This document shows, one piece after another, positions 38,032 through 47,286 of a stretch of DNA of 64,000 nucleotides. The notes under the pieces were generated by a model that was given only the letters and a program-made list of their open reading frames with translations, had not been told where the DNA came from and searched no databases. Source of the stretch: Polyangiales bacterium (GTDB lineage Bacteria; Myxococcota_A; Polyangia; Polyangiales; Houyiibacteriaceae). A program made the translations under genes and the position numbers. The stretch covers positions 79,464 through 143,463 of the forward strand of contig JBGCFM010000016.1 of the NCBI GenBank assembly GCA_045106895.1. Direction: 5' to 3'. Positions within the stretch are counted from its first letter, which is position 1. Every line of letters begins with the position of its first letter.

Positions 38032-40548
38032 TTAGTAAGCCTGGACGGTGGCCCAGACGTTTGTACCGTCGTCGTACAACACAACCACACCATCATTCGA
38101 TGGCAAGGCCGCTACCGCTGGCGAAGAACCCGAAGGGAGCGTCCGGAGTTCAGCTGGGACGAATGCGCTCGCGCCGGCTACTAGACGGTCCAGCTGAATC
38201 GTCGAGTCGTCGAGGTTGGACACGACGAAGACGTCGCCCAGCGCGTTGGAGTCGATGGCTCTCGATTGGGCAAACGAGCCCATGTTCGGGAGGTCGCCGA
38301 TGACGGTGCTCGTGGAGAGGTCGGACAGATCGAAAGCATCGAGGTTGCCGGGCGATTCGTTGGTCCCAGAGACAAATACCGTCCCGTTGGTGAGAGTCCA
38401 ATCCGAGAAGTAGGCTAGCCCGCTAGGGTTCGTCTCTACCCCGTAGGTGACGCCGTGGTCTTCACTCAGCCGCAAGTGAAAGTCCGGCGTATCCGTCGCG
38501 CAGAGGACGTTTCCTGTCGATGGGTCGACCATGATTTCGTGGAACGCATTGGACTGCGCGATGACAGTCTTGATGAAGTTTGTCGCGCCGGCGCCAACCG
38601 AGCGATAGATGGCCATGTCGCTGCCCTCGGAGACGGCGATGAAGATGTCCTCTTCGTAGCTGTCGATGCTGACCTCGCGGTCCGTTGCGGGCCCGAGGAG
38701 TTCCGGCACGGTCCAGGTCTCGCCGCTGTCACGGGTCTCGACGAACTCGAGTCCGTTCGAGGTGACCGCGGCGACGTATGCGACGCCGCCTCCGGCTCCT
38801 TCGATAGCGACCTCGAGGACGTCGGTGAGGCCCGTTGCGAAGGGCGCCCTCCAGTTGAAGCCACCATCCACGCTGCTGGTCACCACAGCAGCGCCGTCGC
38901 AGTTGAGCACAGCGTAGAGTCGTCCAAGCTGGTCGGCCGTTGCCTTACGACCGGTGTTGCTGTTCGACAGAGAACAACTCAGCGTCGCGCCGTCGAGGAC
39001 ATTGATCTCCGTCGGCGGAGTCGTGACTGCGGGGGGAAGCTGACAGAAGGAGTCGCATCCGTCGCCGTCTACGTCGTTGCCGTCGTCGCACTGCTCCGCG
39101 GCGGGTGTGTCAACGAGGCCGTCTCCACATGTCTCCGTTCCCGTGCAGTCTGCACGGCAGCCGTCACCGCCGACTCGATTTCCGTCGTCGCACACCTCGC
39201 TACCAGTACGTGAGCCATCCCCGCAGGTCGGAGGCAGTTCACAGCCACGTCCGTCGGGGAAGAGGACGAAGCCATCGGGGCAGGAGCTGCACGAGAACGA
39301 ACCCTCCGCGTCGGCGCATGTGCCGCCATCGGCCACCATGCACGCCGCGGCGCCCGCTGCACCGTCGGCGCACTCGTCGATGTCCTCGCACAGAAGCCCA
39401 CTGCTGGCGACGGCGTAGCCATCTCCGCAGGAAGCGCACGCGTAGGACCCGTCGGTGTTTGTGCAGCTTCCGCCGCTTGGGACTCGACACGCCACAGCGC
39501 CCATCGCGCCGTCGGCGCACTCGTCGACGTCCTCGCACGTCGCAGCGTCACCGCTGACGGAGTAGCCGGCAGCGCAGGAGCCACATGCGTAGGCGCCGTC
39601 ACTGTTCGTGCAGGAGCCGCCGCTGGATACCTGGCACGCGGTGGCACCCGCTGCGCCATCAGCGCATTCGTCGACGTCTTCGCAGGTCAGCCCTTCGCTG
39701 GCGACGGCGTAGCCATCTCCGCAGGATTCACAGGCGTAGGCGCCGTCGTTATTCGTGCAAGCGCCCCCGCTCGCAACTCTGCATGCCACGGCGCCGGCCG
39801 CGCCGTCGGCGCACTCGTCGATGTCGTCGCAAGAAGTCGTGTCTTCGCTGATGGCGAACCCTGCCGCGCACTCGGTGCAGGCGTATCCACCGTCGCTGTT
39901 GACGCAGGTGCCGCCATCGCCGCAGGCCAGCGCGCCCGCGCCCCCTGCAGCGCATTCGTCAACGTCGACGCAAGACTCTTCATCGTCCGCGAGGGCGTAG
40001 CCAGCAGGGCAGAAGGTGCAGCGGTAGCCGTCTTCCATCGCAGTGCAGACGCCGCCGTCCTCAAGCATACAGGCGCTGTGGCCGGCGGAGCCTTCGGGGC
40101 ACGTGCCGTCCGATTCGCAGGAGAGGCCGTCGGCTGAGACCTGCGCGCCGTCGGGGCACGATGTGCAAAGGTATGAACCGTCGCTGTCAGTGCACGAGCC
40201 GCCGGAGCAAACGTCCTCGGCAGCGTCGGCGCACTCATCGATGTTCTCGCAGCTCTGCGCGTCTTCGGACAGAGCGTAACCCTCGGGGCACTCCGAGCAG
40301 ACGAAGGAGCCTTCGTGGACGGAGCACTCGCCCCCCTCGTCGCTCATGCAGGCATCCTGGGCAGCGTCGTCGCATTCGGATGCCACGCAGTTCACACCGC
40401 TCGAGTCGAACTCGAATCCTTCTGGGCACTCGCCAACGTCGACTCCTGCGTCGCCGACACCGGCGTCGGGGCTAGCGACATCGGCAATGGGGAGAGTGCC
40501 GCCGCTATCGTCCGGACAGCCGGTGGTCAGCATGCTCAAAGCAACCAT
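38032..40548 (-). CDS. Lipoprotein with 8 EGF-like repeats, 2 myxococcal Cys-rich repeats and BNR/Asp-box C-terminal domain
   Basis: LTTGC lipobox; D[IV]DEC...CxNxxGxYxC repeats; CGDG...EqCDDGN...GDGC; SVDGGFNW, TRDSGETW. Confidence 0.85.
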   Translation of the reverse strand: MVALSMLTTGCPDDSGGTLPIADVASPDAGVGDAGVDVGECPEGFEFDSSGVNCVASECDDAAQDACMSDEGGECSVHEGSFVCSECPEGYALSEDAQSCENIDECADAAEDVCSGGSCTDSDGSYLCTSCPDGAQVSADGLSCESDGTCPEGSAGHSACMLEDGGVCTAMEDGYRCTFCPAGYALADDEESCVDVDECAAGGAGALACGDGGTCVNSDGGYACTECAAGFAISEDTTSCDDIDECADGAAGAVACRVASGGACTNNDGAYACESCGDGYAVASEGLTCEDVDECADGAAGATACQVSSGGSCTNSDGAYACGSCAAGYSVSGDAATCEDVDECADGAMGAVACRVPSGGSCTNTDGSYACASCGDGYAVASSGLLCEDIDECADGAAGAAACMVADGGTCADAEGSFSCSSCPDGFVLFPDGRGCELPPTCGDGSRTGSEVCDDGNRVGGDGCRADCTGTETCGDGLVDTPAAEQCDDGNDVDGDGCDSFCQLPPAVTTPPTEINVLDGATLSCSLSNSNTGRKATADQLGRLYAVLNCDGAAVVTSSVDGGFNWRAPFATGLTDVLEVAIEGAGGGVAYVAAVTSNGLEFVETRDSGETWTVPELLGPATDREVSIDSYEEDIFIAVSEGSDMAIYRSVGAGATNFIKTVIAQSNAFHEIMVDPSTGNVLCATDTPDFHLRLSEDHGVTYGVETNPSGLAYFSDWTLTNGTVFVSGTNESPGNLDAFDLSDLSTSTVIGDLPNMGSFAQSRAIDSNALGDVFVVSNLDDSTIQLDRLVAGASAFVPAELRTLPSGSSPAVAALPSNDGVVVLYDDGTNVWATVQAY
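39241..39828 (-). repeat. Four tandem 147-bp (49-aa) EGF-coding units
   Basis: Residues 241-436 repeat every 49 aa (xD[IV]DECADGAxGAxAC...). Confidence 0.85.
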
Positions 40549-40803
40549 GAGAAATGAAGCGTTTCGGCGTATGGCCGAGCGATGGCTTGGGGGTTGGACT
40601 CACGACTGTTCCTATCCTTGTTGTGTTCGACACCGGTCAGAGGGACCGTGCGTTCTCAACGCATCAACGGCGCGAAGACCCGTCGCTTGAATGCTCCTCA
40701 TCCTGAGGAGGCACTTTCGTGGGCGCAGCGTCCGTGGTCAGCCGTCGAAGCGGACCGCGAATCCATGCGTTGCGCGTCTACCTTCTCCGGGACAGAATCG
40801 CGC

Positions 40804-41175
40804 ATGGGTTTGCTTTCAGGGCTCTTCGCGAAAAAAGAGCCACCAGTTCACGTCAACGACTCCAACTTCGATGAAGAGGTGCTCAAGAGTGACGTTCCTG
40901 TCGTCCTCGACGTGTGGTCGCCGAGTTGCGCGCCGTGCCAGAAGCTTGAAGAGGTCATGTTTGCGCTACGGAAACGCTACGACGGTCGCGTAAAGGTCTG
41001 CGAGCTCTCGAGCGCCAATGCACAGAAGACAGCGGCCAAGCTGCGCATCAGCGCCACGCCCACCGTGCTCTACTTTCAGGGGGGGCGCGAAAAGGACCGC
41101 GTCATGGGTTTCCGTTCGAGCGTCTATCACCAGGAAGCCATCGAGGAGCTTTTTGGTATCGCGCCAAAGCCCTGA
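40804..41175 (+). CDS. Thioredoxin family protein
   Basis: NFDEEVLKSDVPVVLDVWSPSCAPC, ISATPT. Confidence 0.9.
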   Translation: MGLLSGLFAKKEPPVHVNDSNFDEEVLKSDVPVVLDVWSPSCAPCQKLEEVMFALRKRYDGRVKVCELSSANAQKTAAKLRISATPTVLYFQGGREKDRVMGFRSSVYHQEAIEELFGIAPKP

Positions 41176-41191
41176 GGCGAACCCGGCAGCC

Positions 41192-41605
41192 ATGAAGCCT
41201 GTGTTCCCGTTCTCACTTGAGGACACGATCTCGGTTCGTATCGAAGTGCCGCGGGGGAGTCGCGTGAAGCGGTCCGCGTCGGGCCGCGTAGAGTTCGTTT
41301 CACCGATTCGCTGCCCCTACAACTACGGAAGTGTTGAAGGCGAACGCCTCGCTCCCGACGGGGACGCCTACGATGCGCTCGTGCTTGGGCGTCGTTTGCC
41401 GTGTGGACACCTGGCCGAAGGGCGCCTCCTCGGCGTCGTCGATTTTCTCGACCGAGGTACGGAAGATCCGAAGCTGGTCATCGGCGTGTCCATGAGCCCC
41501 GCCGATCGCGCCTCTGTTTCACGTTTCTTTCGCCGCTATGCTCGAATCAAGCGGCTCCTGCGCTTTACCCGAGAAACTCAGTTTCGTGGGTGGATGAGCC
41601 TCTAA
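41192..41605 (+). CDS. Short inorganic pyrophosphatase-like protein (family I)
   Basis: IEVPRGS, PYNYG, DGDAYD, EDPKL, FF.RY; only ~137 aa. Confidence 0.75.
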   Translation: MKPVFPFSLEDTISVRIEVPRGSRVKRSASGRVEFVSPIRCPYNYGSVEGERLAPDGDAYDALVLGRRLPCGHLAEGRLLGVVDFLDRGTEDPKLVIGVSMSPADRASVSRFFRRYARIKRLLRFTRETQFRGWMSL

Positions 41606-41659
41606 TTTTGCGTCTCGCGAAGTAGGACATTTCTTGAGAGCCCTGGTAGCTTCGCCGCC

Positions 41660-44605
41660 ATGCGTAGCTCCCTCGTTTTGGCAGTCCTTCTCATCGCTGG
41701 TGGTTCGTTCGTGACCACTTCATCCGTCTTCGCCCAAGGCATGGACGCGGACAACGACACCATTGCCGACAGCGACGAGGCGGGCGTCGACACGGACGAC
41801 GACGGGGACGATGACGACGTGGACACGGACTCGGACAACGACGGGATCGCCGATGCCGACGAAGCCGGGGACAGCGACCTGGCCACGCCTCCCGTCGACA
41901 CCGACGAAGACATGGTGCCGGACTTTCGCAGCGACGACTCGGATGGCGACGGAATCCCTGACAGCCAGGAAGCCGGAGATGCGGATCTCATGACGCCCCC
42001 CCTCGACACGGACGGCGACGGAACGGCGGACTTTCAGGAGACGGACTCCGACGGAGACGGCATCGCCGACGGAGTCGAGGCCGGAGGGTCTCCCCCCGTC
42101 GACTCGGACCTTGACGGAGTCCCCGACTACCGTGATCTCGATTCGGACAACGACGGCGAACTCGACGCCGATGAGTCCCAAGGAGACCTCGACAGCGATG
42201 GCATCCCGGACTTTCGTGACCCGGATGCGGATGGGGACGGGATCAACGACGGCGACGACGTGTGCCCCCGACTCTACAACCGCGACCAGAGCGACACGGA
42301 CCGCGACGGCGACGGCGACGCCTGCGATGACGACATCGACGGGGACACCATCTTGGACGGCGACGACAACTGCGTGGACGTGGCGAATTTTGACCAGCGC
42401 GACCGCGATGGTGACGGCATCGGTGACCTATGTGAGGGAATCGACGACAACGGCGACGGCATCGATGACCGCTTGACGGCTCAAGGGGGCTGCGCAGCAG
42501 GGGGACAGGGGAGCGCAGGCTGGCTGCTTCTGATCATTGGACTCGTCTTCATCCGGCGCCGCCCAGCCATGATCGCAGCGGCTTTCGTAGTGGCCAGCTT
42601 CGTTGCAAGCCCCGCCTCCGCTCAGGTGACCGAAGCCGGAGACTACTCCGCGGAGCGTTTTCGTTTGGCGACGGACCGCCAAGGCATTCTCGGGGCGGAA
42701 TGGGGCGCCGTCCCCGCACATCTCGACGTCCAGGGTTCGCTCTGGGTTGGTTACGCGGACGACCCCCTGCAGCTCGAGAGCAGCGACCCTAACGTCCCGG
42801 GCTTCGGGCTCGTCGACAGCCGGGTCGGTGCGGGCGTGGGCCTCATCATTCCGCTCTACGACGCCTTCGCCATCGCGATCGATTTGCCTTTTGCTTTGTA
42901 CCAAAACCGTGAGAGCGACGTCGAATCCGCTCGCGATCTCTTGCCCGATCTGACGCGCGCGGGGCTCGGCGACCTGCGAATCATCCCGAAGGTTCAGCTG
43001 CTTCATCAAAGCCGGCACGGCATTCACCTCTCGCTCATGCCGACCTTCACCATCGCCCTCGGTGGTGCCGACTCGTACCTTCGAGAACAAGACTGGACCT
43101 TCGAGCCAGAGCTGGCTTTGAGCCGCTCAAGCGGCATGTTCCGCTTCGCCTTCAACGTGGGCTACCACCTTCGCGGCGCCACCCAGTCGCTCGGACTTGA
43201 GGTGGACGACGAGGTCTCGATTCGCGCCGGCGGCGCGCTCCGCTTCGCAGACGCCGGTGGGCCCCCCATCGAAATCGGCCTCACGGCGATGCTTGGTTTT
43301 GCCACGGGTGAGCCCTTCGCCAACGCCAACCAAACCCCTGCCGAGATTCAAGCCGGCGTGACCTGGGATGCACATCCCCTCGTCAGCATCTTTGGCCTCG
43401 GCGGCGTAGGCATCGCCTCGGGCTTCGGCACCCCCGACTGGCGTGCCGTCGTCGGTGTTCGCGCCGGCCTTGTCTCCTCCCCGTTCGACCCGTGCGCCCA
43501 GGGCAACGAGGACATGGACGGCTTCGAGGATGATGATGGCTGCCCTGATCCCGACAACGACGAAGATGGCATCGAAGACACCGTCGATGAGTGCCCGAAC
43601 GAGGCCGAAGACATGGACGGCTTCGAAGACGAGGACGGCTGCGCGGACTTCGACAACGACGAAGACGGCTTCGTCGATACGGCGGACGCCTGTCCCGCAG
43701 AGGCCGAGACCCAGAACGGCTTCGAGGATGACGACGGCTGCCCGGACGAAGATCCAGATCCGGATGGAGACGGCATCGCAGAAGGCGACCAATGTCCGGC
43801 GGAGGCCGAAGACATGGACGAGATCCAGGACGAGGATGGCTGCCCCGAAGCGGACGCGGACGAGGATGGCGTCGCCGATGAGGCGGATGGTTGTCCCCTC
43901 GCCGCCGGCCCCGTGGAAAACCGCGGCTGCCCTGACACGGACGCGGACGAGGATGGCGTCGTCGACCGCTTGGACAACTGTCCGAACGAAGCAGGGACCG
44001 CCGAGAACCAAGGGTGCAGCAGTCGGCAACTCGTGCGCATCGAGAACCAGGTGTTGGTCATCCTCGACAAGGTTTACTTCCGAAGCGGGAGCGACCGGAT
44101 TCTAAGTCGTTCGAATCGTCTGCTGCGGAACGTCGCCGCTATCCTCAAAGCGCACACGGAGTTCACGCGCGTGCGCATCGAAGGTCACACGGACAACCGT
44201 GGTGACGACGCGGCGAACCTCGACCTCTCGCGTCGCCGCGCACAGTCTGTGGTTGCGTTCTTGGTTCGAGAGGACATCGATGAGTCGCGCCTCGTCGCCG
44301 TCGGGCTTGGTGAGACACGCCCGGTGAACGAAGCTGACACGGCCGCAGCACGGGCGGAGAATCGACGCGTCGAGTTCCACATCGTCTCCCCTGAGGAGGC
44401 GGCGTCAAGCGAGTCCGGTGAGACGCCGGAAACAGCGACGGAAGCAGAGGCGGAGTCGGCAGAGTCGGCAGAGTCCGCGCCAACTCCTCCGACGCCACCC
44501 GCCACCGCGACAGCTGCGGCGCCCGTCGTTCGGCCTGGCGTCGTTACGCCGCCGCGTCCCTCTCCACGGATTCCAACCACGCGGCGCGTGCCAGCCGCCA
44601 ACTAG
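41660..44605 (+). CDS. TSP3-repeat protein with internal MYXO-CTERM, beta-barrel, TSP3 repeats and OmpA C-terminal domain
   Basis: DxDxDG repeats, GGC...WLLLIIGLVFIRRR, GFGTPDWR, DGCPD repeats, IEGHTD...LSRRRA...NRRVEF. Confidence 0.9.
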   Translation: MRSSLVLAVLLIAGGSFVTTSSVFAQGMDADNDTIADSDEAGVDTDDDGDDDDVDTDSDNDGIADADEAGDSDLATPPVDTDEDMVPDFRSDDSDGDGIPDSQEAGDADLMTPPLDTDGDGTADFQETDSDGDGIADGVEAGGSPPVDSDLDGVPDYRDLDSDNDGELDADESQGDLDSDGIPDFRDPDADGDGINDGDDVCPRLYNRDQSDTDRDGDGDACDDDIDGDTILDGDDNCVDVANFDQRDRDGDGIGDLCEGIDDNGDGIDDRLTAQGGCAAGGQGSAGWLLLIIGLVFIRRRPAMIAAAFVVASFVASPASAQVTEAGDYSAERFRLATDRQGILGAEWGAVPAHLDVQGSLWVGYADDPLQLESSDPNVPGFGLVDSRVGAGVGLIIPLYDAFAIAIDLPFALYQNRESDVESARDLLPDLTRAGLGDLRIIPKVQLLHQSRHGIHLSLMPTFTIALGGADSYLREQDWTFEPELALSRSSGMFRFAFNVGYHLRGATQSLGLEVDDEVSIRAGGALRFADAGGPPIEIGLTAMLGFATGEPFANANQTPAEIQAGVTWDAHPLVSIFGLGGVGIASGFGTPDWRAVVGVRAGLVSSPFDPCAQGNEDMDGFEDDDGCPDPDNDEDGIEDTVDECPNEAEDMDGFEDEDGCADFDNDEDGFVDTADACPAEAETQNGFEDDDGCPDEDPDPDGDGIAEGDQCPAEAEDMDEIQDEDGCPEADADEDGVADEADGCPLAAGPVENRGCPDTDADEDGVVDRLDNCPNEAGTAENQGCSSRQLVRIENQVLVILDKVYFRSGSDRILSRSNRLLRNVAAILKAHTEFTRVRIEGHTDNRGDDAANLDLSRRRAQSVVAFLVREDIDESRLVAVGLGETRPVNEADTAAARAENRRVEFHIVSPEEAASSESGETPETATEAEAESAESAESAPTPPTPPATATAAAPVVRPGVVTPPRPSPRIPTTRRVPAAN

Positions 44606-44709
44606 ATCGCTCAGGAACAACCGGGCTCCGAGGCACGTTTGACGAGTGTTCGCCTCCGGGAGGGGCGTCCATAAACCCTAGGAATGGGGCGAATCCTTGA
44701 CGCACTGGG

Positions 44710-44723
44710 CCTGCGTACGCAGG
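44710..44723. promoter_or_regulatory. Perfect 14-bp palindrome, candidate operator
   Basis: CCTGCGTACGCAGG, downstream of a TTGACG hexamer and 19 nt before the prenyltransferase ATG. Confidence 0.3.
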
Positions 44724-44742
44724 TTGATGAGAGGGCCCGCTC

Positions 44743-45696
44743 ATGACTCTTCCTACATCCACATTTCAGAAGTGGCGTTTTGCCCTCAAGCCCGGCTCAT
44801 GGCCGAAGCTCTTTGTGCCCATGATGATGGGGCACGCCCTCGGTGGCGCACAGCGCGGCGGACTCGATATCGAAGTCGCCGTGGTTGGCGCCGTTCTGAC
44901 GTTCTTTCTCCTGGCTTCGATCGTTCTGTTGAACGATTTTGGCGACCGCGAGGTGGACAAGATCAAGCGGCGCATCTACCCGCACTCTTCGCCCAAGACG
45001 ATTCCCGATGGAGTACTCCCGGCTCACTACCTGCTCTTTGCGGGGATGGCGGCGGGGGCTGTGTTTGTCGGCGGCTCATTCTGGGTCGCGTCCTGGGCAG
45101 GCAGGCCAGGCTTTGGCCTGCTTGGTGTTCTGGCCTTCGTGACGTTTGCTGCTTACTCCTTGCCGCCACTCCGCCTCAACTACCGAGGAGGCGGAGAGCT
45201 CCTCGAGATGCTCGGAGTGGGTTTTGTGCTGCCTTGGATGAACGCATACCTCCAGGCCGGGCTTGGCGCCGAAAGCGCGTGGTGGTTTCCGAAGGCCAGC
45301 GTACTCTTCGGCGGGCTCATGCTCCTGGCGCTCTCCAGCGCCATCGCGAGCGGGCTTAGCGACGAAGTCAGCGACCGTCGAGGTGGGAAGAAGACCTTCA
45401 CCACGATGTTCGGAAATCCAGCGGCCCGGCGAGTGGTTGAGACTCTAGTGCTCTTCGCCGCCCTCGCTTTTCTCGCGGCGGGTATCTTCAGCGCGCATGT
45501 GCCCCTTCCCGTCGTTCTCCCCACGTGCGCCATGCTTTTGTGGCGCCGCCACCAGATGCGCACGCTTAGCCCCGCTGCTGTGACGGGGTCGTTGAACGTG
45601 CTCGCCACGTACAAGGCGCGGCTCCACGCGGGCATCTGGCGCGGCGTCGAAGTGCTCGCCGGTGCGCTCATCGCCTATCGGATGTTCATCGGCTGA
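44743..45696 (+). CDS. UbiA/MenA family prenyltransferase (copy 1)
   Basis: NDFGDREVD, YSLPPLRLNYRGGGE, DEVSDRRGGKKT. Confidence 0.85.
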   Translation: MTLPTSTFQKWRFALKPGSWPKLFVPMMMGHALGGAQRGGLDIEVAVVGAVLTFFLLASIVLLNDFGDREVDKIKRRIYPHSSPKTIPDGVLPAHYLLFAGMAAGAVFVGGSFWVASWAGRPGFGLLGVLAFVTFAAYSLPPLRLNYRGGGELLEMLGVGFVLPWMNAYLQAGLGAESAWWFPKASVLFGGLMLLALSSAIASGLSDEVSDRRGGKKTFTTMFGNPAARRVVETLVLFAALAFLAAGIFSAHVPLPVVLPTCAMLLWRRHQMRTLSPAAVTGSLNVLATYKARLHAGIWRGVEVLAGALIAYRMFIG

Positions 45697-45700
45697 CGCG

Positions 45701-46423
45701 ATGACCAGTGCTCAAACAAGCGCCGCTACGCTCTGCGTCGCGGACGCCGACGCTCGCATCGATGCCCTTGGCCCGCGGCGTTCGCTCTGCCCTGAACGCG
45801 CGACGGCGACATCCCTCGCGAGCCTGGCTCAGGCGGCGCCTTTGGAGGTGCGCGCGGCTTTCGAGCGTTGCTTGGCGCGCATCGCGGTGGCTCAGATCGT
45901 TGCGTTCCCCGACAATATCTTTTGGGACTTCGATGCCCTCGCGCATTCGATTCTCGAGCAAGCGCTCTCCGCGGTGGATGGCGAGGCGGAGGCTACCCTT
46001 GAACGACTAGGCAGCGACGTGGCGTCGCTGCAGACACTCTTCGGCGCGGGCACCGCGATTCACTTCCGCTACGTTCACGACTTTAGCTACGGCTACGACT
46101 GGTCGAAGTGGGTGCGTCGCAACCCGGAGTCCGCCGACAACCCGCCCTTCGGGTCGGTCTTTCTTGAATACTCCCTTCGCCGCGGTCATGAGCTTCTCGA
46201 CCTCATCGCCGCCGACGACACGAAGTACCCGAAGCTTCCGGATGGCAAACCTCGAAACCCCTTTGGCTTCTCTCGAGGTCGAAGCGATGAGATTCGCCTC
46301 TTCGAGCACCTGGCGCAGGAAGATTTGCTGCCCCTGCGGGCCTGGGAGACCCATCCGAAAGGGCGTTGGGATCGCGACTATCGAGCGCTCCGAGACGCCG
46401 AAGCCAAGAAGCTTGGCCTGTGA
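45701..46423 (+). CDS. Conserved-looking hypothetical protein
   Basis: Aromatic-rich motifs FPDNIFWDFD, FRYVHDFSYGYDW; starts 4 nt after the prenyltransferase stop. Confidence 0.6.
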   Translation: MTSAQTSAATLCVADADARIDALGPRRSLCPERATATSLASLAQAAPLEVRAAFERCLARIAVAQIVAFPDNIFWDFDALAHSILEQALSAVDGEAEATLERLGSDVASLQTLFGAGTAIHFRYVHDFSYGYDWSKWVRRNPESADNPPFGSVFLEYSLRRGHELLDLIAADDTKYPKLPDGKPRNPFGFSRGRSDEIRLFEHLAQEDLLPLRAWETHPKGRWDRDYRALRDAEAKKLGL

Positions 46424-46454
46424 TTTCGCGGAGATTGGCTCTTCGTTACATTCC

Positions 46455-46480
46455 GAGAACTTTTTGTAGAGCCAGGCGTC
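46455..46480 (+). promoter_or_regulatory. Candidate ECF-sigma promoter
   Basis: GAGAAC-N16-CGTC upstream of a GGAGG RBS, matching the common ECF AAC...CGT layout. Confidence 0.35.
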
Positions 46481-46498
46481 GTAGGGCCCGGAGGCTCT

Positions 46499-47194
46499 AT
46501 GTACAGAAAAACCATCCTCGCGGCGATTCTCGCCCTCTCTTCTTTAGCCGGAGCGGAAGCACGCGCCGACTACCATCCATCTCGGCCGAGTGGCGGAGGG
46601 ATCACAGCGCTTGAGCTGACGCTCGGTGTGGGCGTCATGGGGCACACGACGGCAAGGCCTCCCATCGAGGGCTACGGCTACGACCGCGATCCAGGGCCCG
46701 CAGCCGATGTCGCGCTGCGACTGCTCTTTGGCCGAAATCAGTACTTTCGCCACGGTGTTACGATGCGTGGTGTCTACTTTGCGGGGCGCCAGTTTGGCGC
46801 GAACGGACACGGCTTCCGCTTTGGTCTGGCAGACCTGACCTACACAGTGCGGACGCTATTGCCCTGCATGAGCAGCCAGGACGGCGTGCGCTTTTATGCG
46901 GCGGCGTCCCTCGGTATCACCGGCGGCTGGGTCGACGCAGGCTCGGGACGCGGTCCGATGAACGCGGACTATCTCGTGCGTCAAGACGCGGCGGCAAACC
47001 TCGACCACGCGACGCTGGGCTGGACCGCAGGCGCCACGGGCGAGATGCACTACGGAAAGCTTCTCGTTGGCGTCTCCATCGATCTCCGGCGCTTGTGGGG
47101 GATCGACACGGACGTCGGCAGCAGCTGGGTGCGGAGCATGTCGCTACGCGTGGGCTATCGCTTTGATGCGACGGACTCCCAGGAGGCGAGCTAA
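46499..47194 (+). CDS. Secreted/outer-membrane beta-rich hypothetical protein
   Basis: GGAGG RBS, signal peptide ending ARA-D, terminal strand LRVGYRF. Confidence 0.65.
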   Translation: MYRKTILAAILALSSLAGAEARADYHPSRPSGGGITALELTLGVGVMGHTTARPPIEGYGYDRDPGPAADVALRLLFGRNQYFRHGVTMRGVYFAGRQFGANGHGFRFGLADLTYTVRTLLPCMSSQDGVRFYAAASLGITGGWVDAGSGRGPMNADYLVRQDAAANLDHATLGWTAGATGEMHYGKLLVGVSIDLRRLWGIDTDVGSSWVRSMSLRVGYRFDATDSQEAS

Positions 47195-47286
47195 CCCTGC
47201 GTTCGCGCTGAGTCCGTCCGGCTCTGGATGGGCCAACGCGGGCCCAAGGCCACTTCGCCAACGCGGGAGACAGCCACTGAGTTTGT

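Noticed and set aside
41740..42470. Dense GAC-rich repeats that could suggest an array
   Set aside because: In-frame DxDxDG codons; no constant repeat with unique spacers, so not CRISPR.
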